DNA of 64,000 bases from Lama guanicoe (GCA_013239625.1 MU053588.1:1684508-1748507); one strand, 5' to 3'; counted from the stretch's first letter, positions 42,967-54,465 are shown. Program-made: numbers and translations. Notes: generated by a model not told the origin, from the sequence alone.

Positions 42967-44477
42967 GAGGCCGCCAGGGAGCACGCAAGGCGGGGCCTTG
43001 CCTCCCGGCTGTCTGTCCTTCCTGGCTGAGAGGGTGGACTTCCGGATGGCGCCTGTTGCAGACCTCTTCCAGAGGCTCTCCCCCTACCTGGCCTGGGTGT
43101 GGAGCCCTGACTGGGCCGCTCTCCCACAATCCTTCCTTGATTCTCTCCCAGTTTGGAGGTGCTCTCTGTGTCTGCTCTTTTTCCAGCTGTTCTGTGTGTC
43201 TCGTGTCATTCAGTCTCTTTTTGTCCCTGTCTCCCTATCTCTGACCAGCTCTCTCCTAGTCACCCTTTGCTGTCTTCTGCCCCCACAGCGGACTGGGACT
43301 TTGCCTATGCAGGGGCCAGAATGGGAACCAGAACCCCTGGGTTTCCTGGGGCTCAGGGAGGGAGCTTCACTTCCACGGGCTGCAGCCATACCCAGGGATC
43401 CCCACACCTCTCATGTCAGCCCAGCCCCCAGTGCGCTTGACCCAGGAAAGGGGAAGTACAGGGGTCTAGGCCCTGATCTCAGCATGCCTGGTTGGGGAGC
43501 AACCCAGCCTGGGCCCCCACCCATACCCAGGGCCTGCGTCAGCAGTACTCAGACCTAGGGCGTTGTGCAATCCGCGGTGAAGCCTGGCCCAGCTGGATGC
43601 CTGGGTCCCTGTATTTTTAGCCCCAAAGGAGAAGTGAAAAGGCCCCAGCAGGGGTGACTCATCAGCCCTGGGGAAGAACCCAGGCGCCTGGGCCCCAGCT
43701 CCGGGAAGCAGACCTTGGGGAGGGGGCTTCAGGGAGGGGGTGCCCCACCAGGTTCCCCACTTCCCTGAGAGTGAGAGCTTCAGGGAGCTCAGCCATGGCC
43801 TTCAGGCCTGGGCAAGTGCAGGGTGGAGCTCCCAGGCCAGGCCCAGCTGGGGAGGGGGGTGTGAAAGGCTCAAGTGACTCAGCCAGGTTGGGGGACTGCC
43901 CCACCCAACACCTTCTATGCCCTGGTTGCCATGTCACCACCCAGAGGCCTCCTGTCCTGGACCCCACATCTGCAAGGAAAACCCGGGACCATGGCGACCT
44001 GTGATTCACCCAGAGCCCAAGTCTCCACACTGGAATCCTGGGAAATGACCTGCCGGGGGGGCCGGGGGGGGGGGCCGGGGGGTCTACACATCTCAGGAGT
44101 TCCTTCCCTTTCTCCATGTCCTTCCTTGAAGTGCCAGGCACATAGGACAAGCCTCTTGGGTGCTAACTGATGCTGCCGTCCACAGGTAGAATTTCTTCTT
44201 AAGGGAAGCCACAGCTCTGCCCATTTATCTGACTGAATCAGCCCCCACCCCCAGGTGACTCCCCAGATCTTCTAGGATAATCTCCTTTACTAAAAGTGAA
44301 CTGATTATAGACTTATTCACACTTACAGAATACCTTCACAGCATCATCTAGATTAGTGTTTGATTACATAACTGGGGACTGTAGCCTGGCCAAGTTAACA
44401 CATTAAACTGACCATCACAACCTTGTCCTTGTCTATTTGGCACCCGTACCCACCTCCTTACCCATACTTAGTCTCCA

Positions 44478-44483
44478 AATAAA
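44478..44483 (+). terminator. Candidate MED29 poly(A) signal AATAAA
   Basis: First AATAAA I found downstream of the MED29 stop; ATTAAA also at 44402. Confidence 0.45.
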
Positions 44484-46739
44484 CACAAGGACAGAGTCAA
44501 TTTCAACCTAAGGTGACACAGTTATCTCTGGTCAGCCGGAAATGCACTGTTTCCCCAGAAAAGCCTGTTGGCTTCCAGCCGGGGGACACACACTCAGGAT
44601 GAGGTAGAGCTGGCTCTGTGAGGTGGCATCCACACAGCAACATCACACACAGATGGGGACATGGCATCCCAGCAGCCAAGATAGGGGCCCAACAGTACCT
44701 AAAACCACGCCCAGAGAGGCAACAGAGACCCCTGTGGGCAATGGGGTGATGGATACACAGCTCAGCAACCACACACAGGGTGGAAGTTGTGCACCAGGAA
44801 GCTGAGTTCATTTGACACATATATGCTGAACATCTAGTTTGGGCCAAGCCCTGTACCCAGTGAACCAAAGATCCCTGTCTTCCTGGAGGTGATGTTCTAG
44901 AGAGAGACAGTTAAGTGTGATAAAGTAAAACACAGCATGTCAGATGGTGAGAAGCTCCAAGAAGGACAATAAAGTAGAGAAGTGAGATCAGAAATGGAGA
45001 GAGAGAATAGGAAAAAAAAAAAGTACTTAGGAATAAATCTCAATGTAAGATTTGCCCACAGATTTACATTACTTTATTGGAAAACATGAAAGTTGGAGAG
45101 CTTAGTTTGGGTAGTGGTTCAAGTGTATTAATATGATCTGTAAATAGATTTGCATGCATTTATTATTTGTTAAATAGATGGCAAGATTATTTTCAAACCT
45201 TTTAAAAATCCTTTGCTTAGGTCACAGAGGCCTCATTGAGAAGATGGTACTGGAGTGAACTTGAAGGAGAGGGAGTAAGTCCTGTGGACATTCTAGGGGC
45301 AAGAGCTTTCCAGGGAGAGGGGAGAAGGTGCAGAGGCAGAAGTGTGCTGGTGTGTTTGGGGAATAATGTGGAGGCCTGGACCACAGTGAAGAGACAGGGA
45401 CAGGAGAGGCCCTTAGTGAAGATTCTTACTGATCATTAGACCCAGAGGGAGATTGTACAGCCTGGTGTGCAACCACCCACGCTGAAAAGGGGGGGGGATG
45501 AAAGCCACAGCCACACAGGGCAGAACAGACCAGGTCACACATGACACCCCTCCCCCTAGCACAGGAGAGTGTAACCCACCATCCTCCAATCACTGTCCCC
45601 AGAGTCTCCGTCCCAGTGACGGTCCCATAAACAGATTCTAAAGGAACAATCCAACCATGTGAATACACAAACAACCCTCTAACCACCACTTAACCCACTA
45701 TCTCTCACCCCATCGCAGACTTTGCCCATCATGGGCTGACTCAGCCCTGCTCTCAGCTCAACATTATCAAAAGCAGCCTGGGCTGAGTTTAGATAAGGCT
45801 TCTCACGTTCAAGCGTGTGCGTGCGCGCGTGTATGCCACAGCACGGCCCACGGAGGCCGGCAGGAACAGCAACATGGAGCCAGGAGTGGGCCAGCTGCCC
45901 TCCCCATCTGCGCACTGTAGACGTCAGGAACCAAAGTTCACGGGTTTCACTGCCTTGTGACTGAGCCACAGAGGAACTACTCCCAGACACTGGCCTCCTG
46001 TGTTTTCAGCTACACCCCAAGGACACAGACACACAGGAACACTATTCACACACCTGATGACCTCACAGTGAGCTACAGATGCCTTGCACACAGCCACCAC
46101 TGCCTACAGTCACACAGGTGCTTACACACACCCTCAGCTTACAAGCTGTGTGCGCCCAGGTCATCACACCAAAGCGCACAGTCACCCTCACCAGCCTCCC
46201 TCCAGGAGTTACACGCACTTAGTCACTTCAGATCCCACGGTGGTTCAGAGCTACACACAGATGTGCAGGTAGGTATGTCACACGTTCTCATGGATGCCAC
46301 CTCAAAGCCAGTTACAGCTGACTACACACTCCCGCCCCCAGGGATGGTTAGAGCAAACACGGTATGGTCAATCACACAGGCATCGGTGGTTTCATTTATT
46401 CACACAACCACGTCAGGCGGGTTGTAAGGACACAGCCTTGATGCAGGAAACTGGGCGCACTCGTGTCCCACACCTGCTTCCCTGTTTGCACACCCAGGCA
46501 CGCCAAGGCCCTCCCCCCTCCACTTCGCACCTGCAGTGCTCAAGCTGTTCACTGTGTGGTACACGCGCTGCTTGGCCCGCGCGGCTGCGCACACGGCCAA
46601 TCGTGCCGGGCGGACACATGGCCCTGGCACACGTGCCGCGAGTACACGGTCCCCAACCCGCCCGCGCACTCGCACCAGCTCTCACACCCCCGCATTTCCC
46701 GTCCTCGCTTGTTTTTCTGGAAACTCTGCTCTCCGTTCC

Positions 46740-47820
46740 CCTCCCCCAGGCCGGAAGTGCTTGCCGTATTTTTAGCCTCTCTGGTTTCCGCCCCTTTCCC
46801 CCTTGGTCGGCCCGCCTAAGACCTGCCCCTCAGAGCCCCGCGGGGGACCCCGGCCATCCCCTTCCCCGCCGTCATTCCAGAGGGGATTCCCGGCCTTCGC
46901 CCGGGCACGGATTTTCCCGCTGGCTACGTGGGGAGTGGGGTGGAGTCCTGCCCTGAACTTCCTCCTGGGCTGAGACGCCCGAGGCCTGGACGGGTGGGGG
47001 TGGGGAGGATGGGAGCCAGACTCCTAAATGGGAGGGAGGAGGGGGCTGGGGGCTCGGACTCCGGGGGGTTTGAGGGCAGGGGGTGGTGCTGGGGGCCTGG
47101 ACTCCCGGGTCTGATGAAGGAAGGGGCTGAGGGCCGGGTCTCCTGGGTCTGAGCGAGGAGGTGGCTTGGAGACCGCGACCACTAGATAGGAGCAAGGAGG
47201 GCCTGAGGCCCGGACTTTTGGGACCCCCGCCCCCGTCATTGTTTCGAAGGGTGGTCAGTCCTTCAATGCGCAAAGCCCCCTCCAGCCTCTTCGAGAGTCG
47301 CCCAATCCGAAGCGTTCTGGCTCTAGGGCCGATGAGTCAGCAGATAGGAGAGGGGAGGGGGTCAAGCCTGACTCAAGGATGGGAAATACTCCTGGTCTCC
47401 AGGGAATCGAAATTGGTATCCTTCCTCCAAGATCGCGGCCAAAGCCAAGCTGGACTCCACCGGGTACCCCAGGGTGGTCCCCACCATCCCTCTGGTTTTA
47501 CCGCTGCCTTAGTCCTGCTAGCGGCACAGGGATTTTAGAGCCCAAACGAGCGGCGGGTGCCAGGCACCTCCCCATTCCCCCTTTTCCCGTAGTACTCGAG
47601 CCTCTGTTTACAGGCGACAGAAGCCCTGGTTACAGAGAGGAACCCGGGCGTCCGGGCCGAGCCTCCTCGTCACGGCTTCCAGGAAGCCCCCCTTCCCCGC
47701 CCCTAGCGAGTGAGTCACAGGCGAGAGGGAGGCTGCAACCGTGCCAGAGCCGCCCGCAGCTCACGGGACCGGCTGGGAAGGCCCCTCGGCACCAGAAAGC
47801 GCCGCACCAGGGATTCCCCC
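46740..47820. promoter_or_regulatory. CpG-rich upstream enhancer cluster of ZFP36
   Basis: ETS CCGGAAGT near 46751. NF-kB GGGGATTCCC 46882-46891 and GGGATTCCCC 47810-47819. AP-1 TGAGTCA/TGACTCA at 47333, 47369, 47711. GAS TTCCAGGAA 47677-47685. Confidence 0.65.
46970..47230 (-). repeat. MSR1-like ~37-bp GC-rich minisatellite (degenerate)
   Basis: Units such as ctgggggcctggactcccgggtctgatgaaggaagggg and ctgagggccgggtctcctgggtctgagcgaggagg match the reverse complement of CCCCTCCTCCCTCAGACCCAGGAGTCCAGGCCCCCAG. Confidence 0.7.
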
Positions 47821-49139
47821 GTGCTCTGTCCGACGAGTAAGCCGCATGCCTAACAGAATCTCCCCACCTCAACACAAGCCCGCAGTCTGCAGTTGCAGTC
47901 TTGCAAGAATGAACTTTTCAACCATTATAACTGCACTCCGTGGCAATGATTTATTTCTACCCCCGTATTTTCTCTGAGGGCAACCAGCTCACCAAGACCT
48001 TCTTTAAAAATTAGTTATTTTCTCCAGATCTTAAGAAAGTCTCAGATCAACCCTTTGTCAGTAAAAGACCTGTCAATAAGGGGAGTGGCTTCTGCAAATT
48101 TAGAGTTCTCTCAAGGCACACCTCCTTATAAGAAACCCATCCGACCATCAGTTGGGGATGACCCATTTCTTCCCTCTTCAGACACCTTTCCACCAAGGAA
48201 ACCCTCCACCGTAATAAAAGACCTCCTCCTTTCCAATCTTTTGAGTTTTCTCTGAGTGTGAACTCTTAACATAATTTAAGGCCCTGGTATTATAGGCTGC
48301 TCCCATTTACCAACTGCAGAATAACAGCCTCTCGGCTTGAGTCTCCTCGTGTATAAAATGGGCATAATAATACTTCCCTGAGTTAATGTATGTAAAGCAC
48401 TTTCATGCAACAGTGCCTAGCCCAGAAGCGATCAGAAATGCCATTATCTGCGTGAGGGTGAGAAGTCACAGCTGCCCTGAAATAGGAAAGGAGGCCCCTT
48501 TCCAGCCTTGCCAGGTAACCGGGACCCCAGCCCCCTAAACCCCGTGAGTGGAGGAGGGGAGGGCGGTCCAGGTCTCTGGATCTGAGAGCGAGACTGTACC
48601 AGACTGCCAAGTCTCAGGAGAGAATTCTCCACCAAGCCTGTTGGTCTCCTCTCCCCGTTTTGCTCCAGAGGATTCTCTGTGGATATTTGTTTCTCCGTGT
48701 CTTCTTTTTTCTGTTTCTTTATGTGACCCTCCCTCCCCTTTCTCGCTCTGAGTTTGTTTCTCTGAAACTGTCTCTTATCACGTCTTTTCTAGGATGCCTT
48801 CTCACCTCCCTTCTTCTCCTTACCCTGTCTCTCCCTCTCTGTGCATGTCTCCCTGTGTGTCTCTCCCTGTTTTTTCTTTGCGTCCCATCACTTCTCTCTC
48901 TAGCTCCCTCTGCGCCTCTCCCCGCCCCCGTCGGTCGGTCTCTCCTGCACACGCCCTCTCGGCCTCTGCCCTAGTCAATTCCCCCAGGAGCCCTTCCCCC
49001 ACCTCCGTCCCAGTTCCCTTCTCAGCGCCTCAGTCTCGAGCCTTGAAAACTGAGCCGACACCGCCACCCCACGCACTCCCCGAGGGGTCGCGACCGCCAA
49101 CGGGCCAGGTTCTGGCGAGTCCGGGCCGGGTCCTCCTCC

Positions 49140-49343
49140 GCCCAGGCCCCGGCGGGGACCTGGCGGGCTGCGCTGGGGGCGCGCGTCCGGGAAGCGCCCC
49201 TCCTGGGCCTGCCCTCCAGGGCCCGCCCCCCGGCCCCGCCCCCAACGGCTGGATAAAAGCGGCGGCTCTTCCAGCTCGCCGCAGCCTGTCTCCAGCGCTC
49301 CCACGTTCGGCCGTCCCTTCAGCCTTCGGCCATCCGCCGCGCC
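49140..49343 (+). promoter_or_regulatory. ZFP36: ZFP36 proximal promoter and 5'UTR
   Basis: GC boxes (GGCCCCGCCCC near 49232), CGTCCGGGAAGC 49184-49195, TATA-like GATAAAA 49252-49258, Kozak gccATGG at 49344. Confidence 0.75.
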
Positions 49344-51141
49344 ATGGATCTCACCGCCATCTACGAGGTGAGCCCCCGCTGACCGGCACCTCGGGTTCCT
49401 CTTGCTTGACTCCCTTCTCCAACTAGGGCTCTCTAGCGCCATAAACTCCCGCCCGGGACTCCTGGCTTCCTTCTCAAACTGAGGTTCCTTTACGCCTGCC
49501 TGACATTCTGGCCCGGGGTCCCTGCTTCCCTTTTAAGACCAGTGTCATCCTCTGGAGGTGAAAATGGAGCCCATGACTTTCGGGTCTCGGCGAAAACATG
49601 AGTGGGACGGCCCTCGGAGATGGAAAGCTGAAGGACTTTTCTCAGATTGGGGCTGTCTGGAGGCGGAAATGGCCCCACACCTGCCTTACCCCTGTAGTTG
49701 CTGAGGGCGCGGTTTTGCGCGGAGGCGTTTCTGGGGCTGGAGTCTCAGGGTACAGGGAACCGAATTCTGTCTCTCCACTCCCTGACCCAGAGGACGACTC
49801 TGGGAACTCTAAAACAGAAGAGATCGGGACTCCTAGGTTAATTTTGTCCGCTCCTCCAGTTGTGAAACTGGAGAACCCGACGTGCGGAATCAGATCCCGA
49901 GAGACCCAGAGGCTTAAAACTGGAAAAGAGTTGTGTCCCCTGACTTTAGGGCCCCTCTTGATTCAGCGGTGGGAGCTTGGTTCCTTGGATCCCCTGGGAT
50001 AGGCTTCAGTCGCGAATAAACTCAGAACCTCCAAATCGGGATTCTTGCGATCCGGAACCCACGGGTGTCTGCGGGTGGGTGGGGCTCAGGTCAGGAGCCC
50101 ACAAACCGGACTGGCAAGCTCTTGGGTGCCCTGCAGCTGGGGCGGGGCGTCACCCTGCATTTTCGGTGTCTTAACCGATCCCTGTTCCCACAGAGCCTCC
50201 TGTCGCTGAGCCCTGACCTGCCATCCGATCATGGAGAGACTGAGTCCAGCCCGGTCTGGGCCTCCTCGGGACCCTGGAGCCTCAGTTCATCTGACTCCAG
50301 CCCGGCTGGGGTCGCTGCCCGGCTGCCTGGCCGCTCCACCAGCCTGGTGGAGGGTCGCAGCTGCGGCTGGGTGCCCCCACCCCCAGGCTTCGCACCCCTG
50401 GCTCCCCGCCCAGGCCCTGAGCTGTCGCCCACCTCACCTACTGCGACCCCCACCACCTCATCCCGCTACAAGACTGAGCTATGTCGGACCTTCTCTGAGA
50501 GCGGGCGCTGCCGCTATGGAGCCAAGTGCCAGTTTGCCCATGGCCTGGGAGAGCTGCGCCAGGCCAGTCGCCACCCCAAGTACAAGACGGAACTCTGCCA
50601 CAAGTTCTACCTCCAGGGCCGCTGCCCCTACGGCTCGCGCTGCCACTTCATCCACAACCTCAGCGAGGACCTGGCTGCCTCCGGCCACCCCCACGTGCTG
50701 CGCCAGAGCATCAGCTTCTCAGGCCTGCCTTCAGGCCGCCGACCCTCGCCACCACCAGCAGGCCTAGCAGGCCCTTCTCTGTCCTCATGCTCCTTCTCGC
50801 CCTCCAGCTCCCCACCACCACCACCTGGGGACCTTCCACTTTCACCCTCTGCTTTCTCTGCTGCCCCTGGGACCCCTGTGGCCCGAAGGGACCCCACCCC
50901 AGCCTGTTGCCCTTCCTGCCGAAGGGCCACCCCCAGCAGCGTCTGGGGGCCCTTGGGCGGCCTGGCACGGAGCCCCTCTGCACACTCCCTGGGATCTGAT
51001 CCCGATGAATATGCCAGCAGCGGCAGCAGCTTGGGGGGATCTGACTCGCCTGTCTTTGAGGCTGGGGTTTTTGGGCCACCCCAGCCACCTGCAGCTCCCC
51101 GGCGACTCCCCATCTTCAATCGTATCTCCGTTTCTGAGTGA
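49344..51141 (+). CDS. ZFP36: Tristetraprolin (TTP), tandem CCCH zinc-finger ARE-binding mRNA decay factor, 2 exons, 323 aa
   Basis: Exon 1 49344-49367 (MDLTAIYE), exon 2 50194-51141. Two fingers: [26 protein letters not shown] and [36 protein letters not shown]2/14-3-3 site. C-terminal CNOT1-binding motif [12 protein letters not shown]. Confidence 0.98.
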
Positions 51142-51619
51142 CAAATGCCTACCCAGTACAGATCAGCTGGATCTTAAGGGGGGCCATTTCTCTCATGCTA
51201 GGGGTTCCAGGGCTGTGGGGAACCAAGGGACTCTGAATTAAGTAGCTCCCCCCCACCTACCAAAGTGCATTAACTCACTCCCCTGACCCTACGCTGGGGC
51301 AGGTCCCCAGTGTGCAAGCTCAGTGTTAATGGTGTTGGGAGAAGGAGTGTTTTCTGGGGTCTTAAAAAAAGATGTAGCAAATTTGAGGGAGGCAGTGAGC
51401 CCTCTAACTCTCCCACCTTTCCCTTGCCCAGTGCTGTGAATAATAGGCTCCCAATACCCCCTTTCAATTTTTTCTAGATCCTGAGGTTCCAGTGTCAGAC
51501 AGTGACCTGAGCCTCCCCTGAAGGGGAATCCTGGTGCTCAAATTTCCCTCCAAAAGCAAGTAGCCAAAGCCATTGCCAGCCCCCTGTGCTCCCCACTACC
51601 TGCCCCTGCCTTTAGGCCC

Positions 51620-51672
51620 TTTATTTATGACGACTTTATTTATTCTAATAGATTTTATAGTATTTATATATA
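51620..51672 (+). promoter_or_regulatory. AU-rich elements in the ZFP36 3'UTR (autoregulation)
   Basis: TTATTTATG, TTATTTATT and TATTTATA clustered; UUAUUUAUU is the canonical TTP binding site. Confidence 0.85.
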
Positions 51673-51809
51673 TTGGGTCGTCTGCTTCCCTTGTATTTTT
51701 CTTCCTCTTTTTTGTAATATGGGAAACGATTAAATAATTAAGTATACTATAATAATATATTAAGTAATATATTGTTAAAAGTTTATTTTTGTGTTTTTTG
51801 GAATTTTTA

Positions 51810-51815
51810 AATAAA
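51810..51815 (+). terminator. ZFP36 poly(A) signal AATAAA
   Basis: AATAAA after a U-rich tract, followed by GT-rich sequence. Confidence 0.8.
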
Positions 51816-51939
51816 AGAAATCGGTGTGTAAACTGGAATCCTGGCTTTCCTGCGGTCTAGAGGCTGTGAGAGGAGAGGGGAGGATGGTGTGGCCTTTTTT
51901 TTTTAAGAAATGGGGTAGAATCTATGGATAGCTCCTCCG

Positions 51940-52930
51940 AACCTTCCCGGGGCCCAGCCGCTGGCGTTGCTTACCTGGCGGGAAGTGACGTCACCTGGTC
52001 CGGCCTTTCACCTGAGAGGGCGGGGCCAGGTGAGGTCACCCGGTAGGAACCGGGAGAGCCAGTTCCCAGGGCGGGGGTAGGGGGCCGGCGCTTCTGTCCC
52101 GCTGGGCTCCTTGACCCAGCTCTCGGCCAGGCGCGGGCGGGGACTGGATGTTTCCGTCCCCACGGGGCCGAGGGAGGAGGGCGGGGCGGAGTGGGGAGGA
52201 CGGAATGTGCCGGGGCGCGAGCCCAGCGCGGGCGGGGGCAGCCAGCGCGGCCGTGGGGGAGGGGTTGTCCCGGAAGCCGGGGCGTCCGGGGTCCCACCGC
52301 CCGGCCTTCCAAGACTGGAGGTGGTGAGCGGGGAAACCACGCTTTCGGAATCTTGGAGGGGGGAGCGTGAAAGCCTCAGGATTGTAAAATCTCAACATTC
52401 TGGAATCTCAGAGTAAGACTCTCGGCGACTTAGAACTTAGATCGGTGGTGTCTCAGAACGTTTAGGAATCGCAGAATTGTAGCCTCAGGCTTTCCGGGCC
52501 TCTAGAACCTCGGAATTCCAGAATCTTGCCCTGTCGGGCTTCGAAGAAGTTCGGGATTGCAGGCTCTCGACAGTTCTGAGCGGTGGAAGCGCGGCCCCGC
52601 GTTCTAGGTGGGGTAGGGGGTCGCGGTCGCGGTCGCTAGCCAGGGTATGTGGGTCTCGGCGGCGTCGGGGTGTGGCCCCGGGACAGCAGCGTCCTCGGAC
52701 CATACAAGGCAAGAGGCGGCGAGAGCCACCCCGGGGTGGAGGAGCCGCGCGCCCTGCGCCCGGAAGCCGCCCCGCGTCAGCGCCTGCGCCCCGCCCCGCT
52801 TCCGCCGCAGCCCTTTCTTCCTCGACCCCTCGTCTCTTTCGCCCTCTTTTTCCTCTCTCCCCACTTTCCTCTCTTGGCCCTCCTCCCCTCTCTGAGCTCC
52901 TCCCCGCTGGACCCTTCTGCGCCGCCCTTT
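51940..52930. promoter_or_regulatory. CpG island immediately downstream of ZFP36
   Basis: High CpG density. Perfect CRE TGACGTCA 51986-51993 overlapping GGAAGT. Several GC boxes. Confidence 0.7.
52084..52140 (-). ncRNA. Sequence orthologous to human MIR4530 hairpin (probably not a bona fide miRNA)
   Basis: Minus strand GAGCTGGGTCAAGGAGCCCAGCGGGACAGAAGCG resembles the human MIR4530 precursor as recalled, at the same position just 3' of ZFP36. Stem GCTGGG/CCCAGC at 52101-52120. Confidence 0.35.
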
Positions 52931-53489
52931 CTCTCACCTTCTTCCCCCACCCTCTTTAACTCTTCCCCTCCCCCAGCACGCCTCTCCCCTTCCCGTTTTT
53001 AATCTCCTTCCATTCCTGACCCCCATCCCCTGTCCTTTACCCACTTTCTCTTTCCTTCTAGTTCTCCCCCTCCTCTCCCTTCTCCCCCTCTTCCACTCAC
53101 CTCCTGGGTTCCACCTCCCTCCCCACCCTATAACCTGTGAGTGTGCTTTTCGTCCCTTGTAGTCCCTTTCCCTTCTCCCGTCCCGTCCTGACACCTTGCT
53201 CTCTCTGCATTAGCCCTTTTCCCTTGCCCAATGACAGGCCCTGACCTTTGATCTCCTCTTTCAGGACTCCCCCCCACCACCTTGTGGGAAAGGGCTCAGG
53301 TCCCCATACTTGGGGAAGAGGGTTGGGAAAGAGAAACAGAAACCCAGAGATCCAGAGACATTGGGGGTGTAGAGAGGAAGTGCAAACCACACAGAGACAT
53401 TTACAGACACTGAAATAACGAGAAGAAACACATCTCTGGTCCTTCCCTTAGCAAAAACAGATTCTCTGCTTCTTCTAAACAAATCCTCA

Positions 53490-54250
53490 CTTGAGAAAAT
53501 GGCACCTACTACCAGCTACCTGTGAGTTGGTCCCCTTGACTTTCTCATACCCGCACCCCAATCCAGCAGCAGTCCTGTCTGATTCACTTTCTAATGAGAT
53601 CTACAGTCCACCCTCCCGTCTCCTCCTCTGGCCCCCACCCTGGTGCTATCCAGCACCATCTCCCATCTGAACCATCATGGCAGCCCCTTCCTGGTCTCCT
53701 AGCTCAGGCCCCTGTCCTCGGTCTCCTCCCCACTCTCCCCCGCTCCCCGACAACCAAAAGAAACCTGTCATGACACCTGAGTCAGATCACGGAAAAGCCA
53801 AAGTCCTAAGTCTTTACCAGCCTACACAGTTTGGCTCTCATCTTTGGTCACTCTTGCTCTAGTCACTCTGGCTTTCACCAACATGTCTGACATGTTTCAG
53901 CCACAGGACCTTTGCACTGGCTGTTCCCTGTGCCTGGAATACTCCCCCATGGCTCACTCTCCTCCTTCAGGTCTCTGCTCAAATGTCTTCTCAGTAAGAT
54001 GGTGTCTGAGTACTATTATGGCAACCCCCATCCTCCCTACCTTGCTCGACTTTTTCCATGAGGTTTACCATCATATAACATACAAAATGTACTTAGATCT
54101 TACGTTTGTAGTTATCTGCCCCCTGCACTACAATGTCAAATCCTCAGGGGCAGGGACTTGTAATTTGTCTTGTTCACTGCTGTATTACTCACACCTAACC
54201 CTAAACAGGAACCGGTCACATTAATGGTTATAAATTTCAGGATTTGTTGA
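53490..54250 (+). mobile_element. L2 LINE 3' fragment
   Basis: caggacctttgcactggctgttccctgtgcctggaatact...ccttcaggtctctgctcaaatgtcttctcag...gggcagggact...gtcttgttcactgctgtat. Confidence 0.75.
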
Positions 54251-54299
54251 AAAAAAATTGATTCAGAAATGGAGAGGGAAAGAGAAAATTCCAAGACAC

Positions 54300-54465
54300 A
54301 GGGAAAATAGTAGTAACTATGTGAGGTAATTGATGTCGACTACATTTATCGTGGTAATCATTTCACAATTTATACATTTTTACAATTTTACATTTATACA
54401 ATTTTAAATCATGTACACCTTGGACTAACAGTTTTATGTGGCAATTTTACCTCAATAAGACTTCG
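54300..54465 (+). mobile_element. L1MA-like 3' terminal fragment
   Basis: gtaactatgtgaggtaattgatg...gtggtaatcatttcacaat...atgtacacctt...caattttacctcaataag. Confidence 0.7.

Noticed and set aside
42830..43558. 242-aa ORF after the MED29 stop
   Set aside because: Non-ATG start in the 3'UTR, low complexity, no recognisable domain.
46294..49442. Many overlapping ORFs in the CpG-rich region upstream of ZFP36
   Set aside because: Stop-codon scarcity in GC-rich DNA; Pro/Gly/Arg-rich translations with no recognisable homology.
50065..50193. N-terminal part of the 358-aa ORF containing ZFP36
   Set aside because: Intronic read-through. The true start is the MDLTAIYE exon at 49344, spliced to 50194.
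52340..52580. Recurring GAA/TTC motifs resembling heat-shock elements
   Set aside because: No perfect three-unit nGAAn array; looks like a decayed short (TAGAATC)-type repeat.
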